DNA from: Gekko japonicus
Taxonomy: Eukaryota
Direction of reading: 5' to 3'
Length of the DNA: 64,000 nucleotides
NCBI RefSeq assembly: GCF_001447785.1
Contig: NW_015160838.1
Location: forward strand, 1,859,285 to 1,923,284
The notes under the pieces were generated by a model. The model was not told where the DNA came from. It was given only the letters and a program-made list of their open reading frames with translations, and did no database searches. Of this stretch, positions 23,468-64,000 are shown piece after piece (within the stretch, counting starts at the first letter, position 1; the number at the start of each line of letters is the position of its first letter). A program made the translations under genes and the position numbers.

Positions 23468-23822
23468 CTGCGGTGGCTCAAGTGGTTAAGACGCTGAACT
23501 GCAGGCTGTGGAAGGTCAGTAGTTCAGTGGTTCAAGACCCGGGTGCCGCAAGACAGGGTGAGCTCCTGTCTCTAGTTCCAGCTCCTGTCAACCTAGCAGT
23601 TCGAAAGCAAGAAATTGCAAGTAGATAAATAGGGACCACTTCGGTGGGAAGGTAACAGCGTTCCGTGCGCCTTGGTGTTTAGTCATGCCGGCCACATGAC
23701 CACGGAAACGTCTTCGGACAGCGCTGGCTCTTCGGCTTTGTAACGGAGATGAGCACCGCAACCCTAGAGTCGGATTCGACTGGCTTTCGAGCAAGGGAAC
23801 CTTTACCTTTTACCTTACCCTT
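23468..23822 (+). mobile_element. Sauria SINE
   Basis: tRNA-like head, ACCTTT tail; near-identical to 21589-21936 and 61915-62262. Confidence 0.85.
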
Positions 23823-24029
23823 ACAGGTGTACAGCATATAGTTTGTTTCTCTTGGAGAACCAATCAACACAGATTCCCCCCCCAACCCCCCCTCCACCGG
23901 TCATTCCCTGCCCAAGATTTAAGCAACACTCTGTTTAACAGTCTGCAAAAGTTTTGCTTTTGCCCCAACCGCCTCCAAACTGAGCTACGCCACTGTAAAG
24001 ACACAAAGCCAGGAACTGTGCATTAAAGT

Positions 24030-24035
24030 TTTATT
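24030..24035 (-). promoter_or_regulatory. Probable DYNC1H1 polyadenylation signal AATAAA
   Basis: TTTATT on + strand ~220 nt past the stop, followed on the minus strand by T/GT-rich sequence. Confidence 0.75.
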
Positions 24036-24256
24036 TCATGTAAAATCCAGTTAATCAAGAATACGTGCCACTAGAACCATCTAAAACCATCTCTTCCAAT
24101 CATCTGTCGTCTTTCAACTACATCCGTTCTGCTCAACCCTGCGCTACCATCTGACAACTTAACCATGTGCCCTCTGCAGTGTTACACGAACACTCTAGAA
24201 CTGGATTACAGCTATAGATATAGAGATATATATACTGCTATTATCAGTTAAGCTTT

Positions 24257-64000
<39,744 letters not shown>

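Overview
Vertebrate genomic DNA, almost certainly from a squamate reptile: it carries Sauria SINEs and a Squam3-type tRNA SINE, which suggests a gecko (inference). Positions 24.0-64.0 kb hold the 3' part of cytoplasmic dynein 1 heavy chain (DYNC1H1) on the minus strand. I mapped 47 phase-consistent coding exons, equivalent to human exons 32-78 when counted back from the stop and assuming the 78-exon human structure; they run from AAA2 through the stalk/MTBD to the C-terminus. The main discovery is a second, intact, diverged 196-nt copy of the exon encoding most of the microtubule-binding domain (48608-48803). It lies right after the canonical exon (49195-49390) with identical length and phases and a strong excess of synonymous change, making it a candidate mutually exclusive exon pair that would give dynein two alternative microtubule-binding feet. 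The plus strand at 5.7-18.2 kb encodes a phase-consistent 5-exon, ~260-aa uncharacterised gene convergent with DYNC1H1. Other observations are two partial DYNC1H1 exon duplicates, three GC-AG introns, multi-level nested transposons, Penelope-type hammerhead-like motifs and a probably artefactual ~2.3-kb duplication next to a gap. All coordinates were read by eye.
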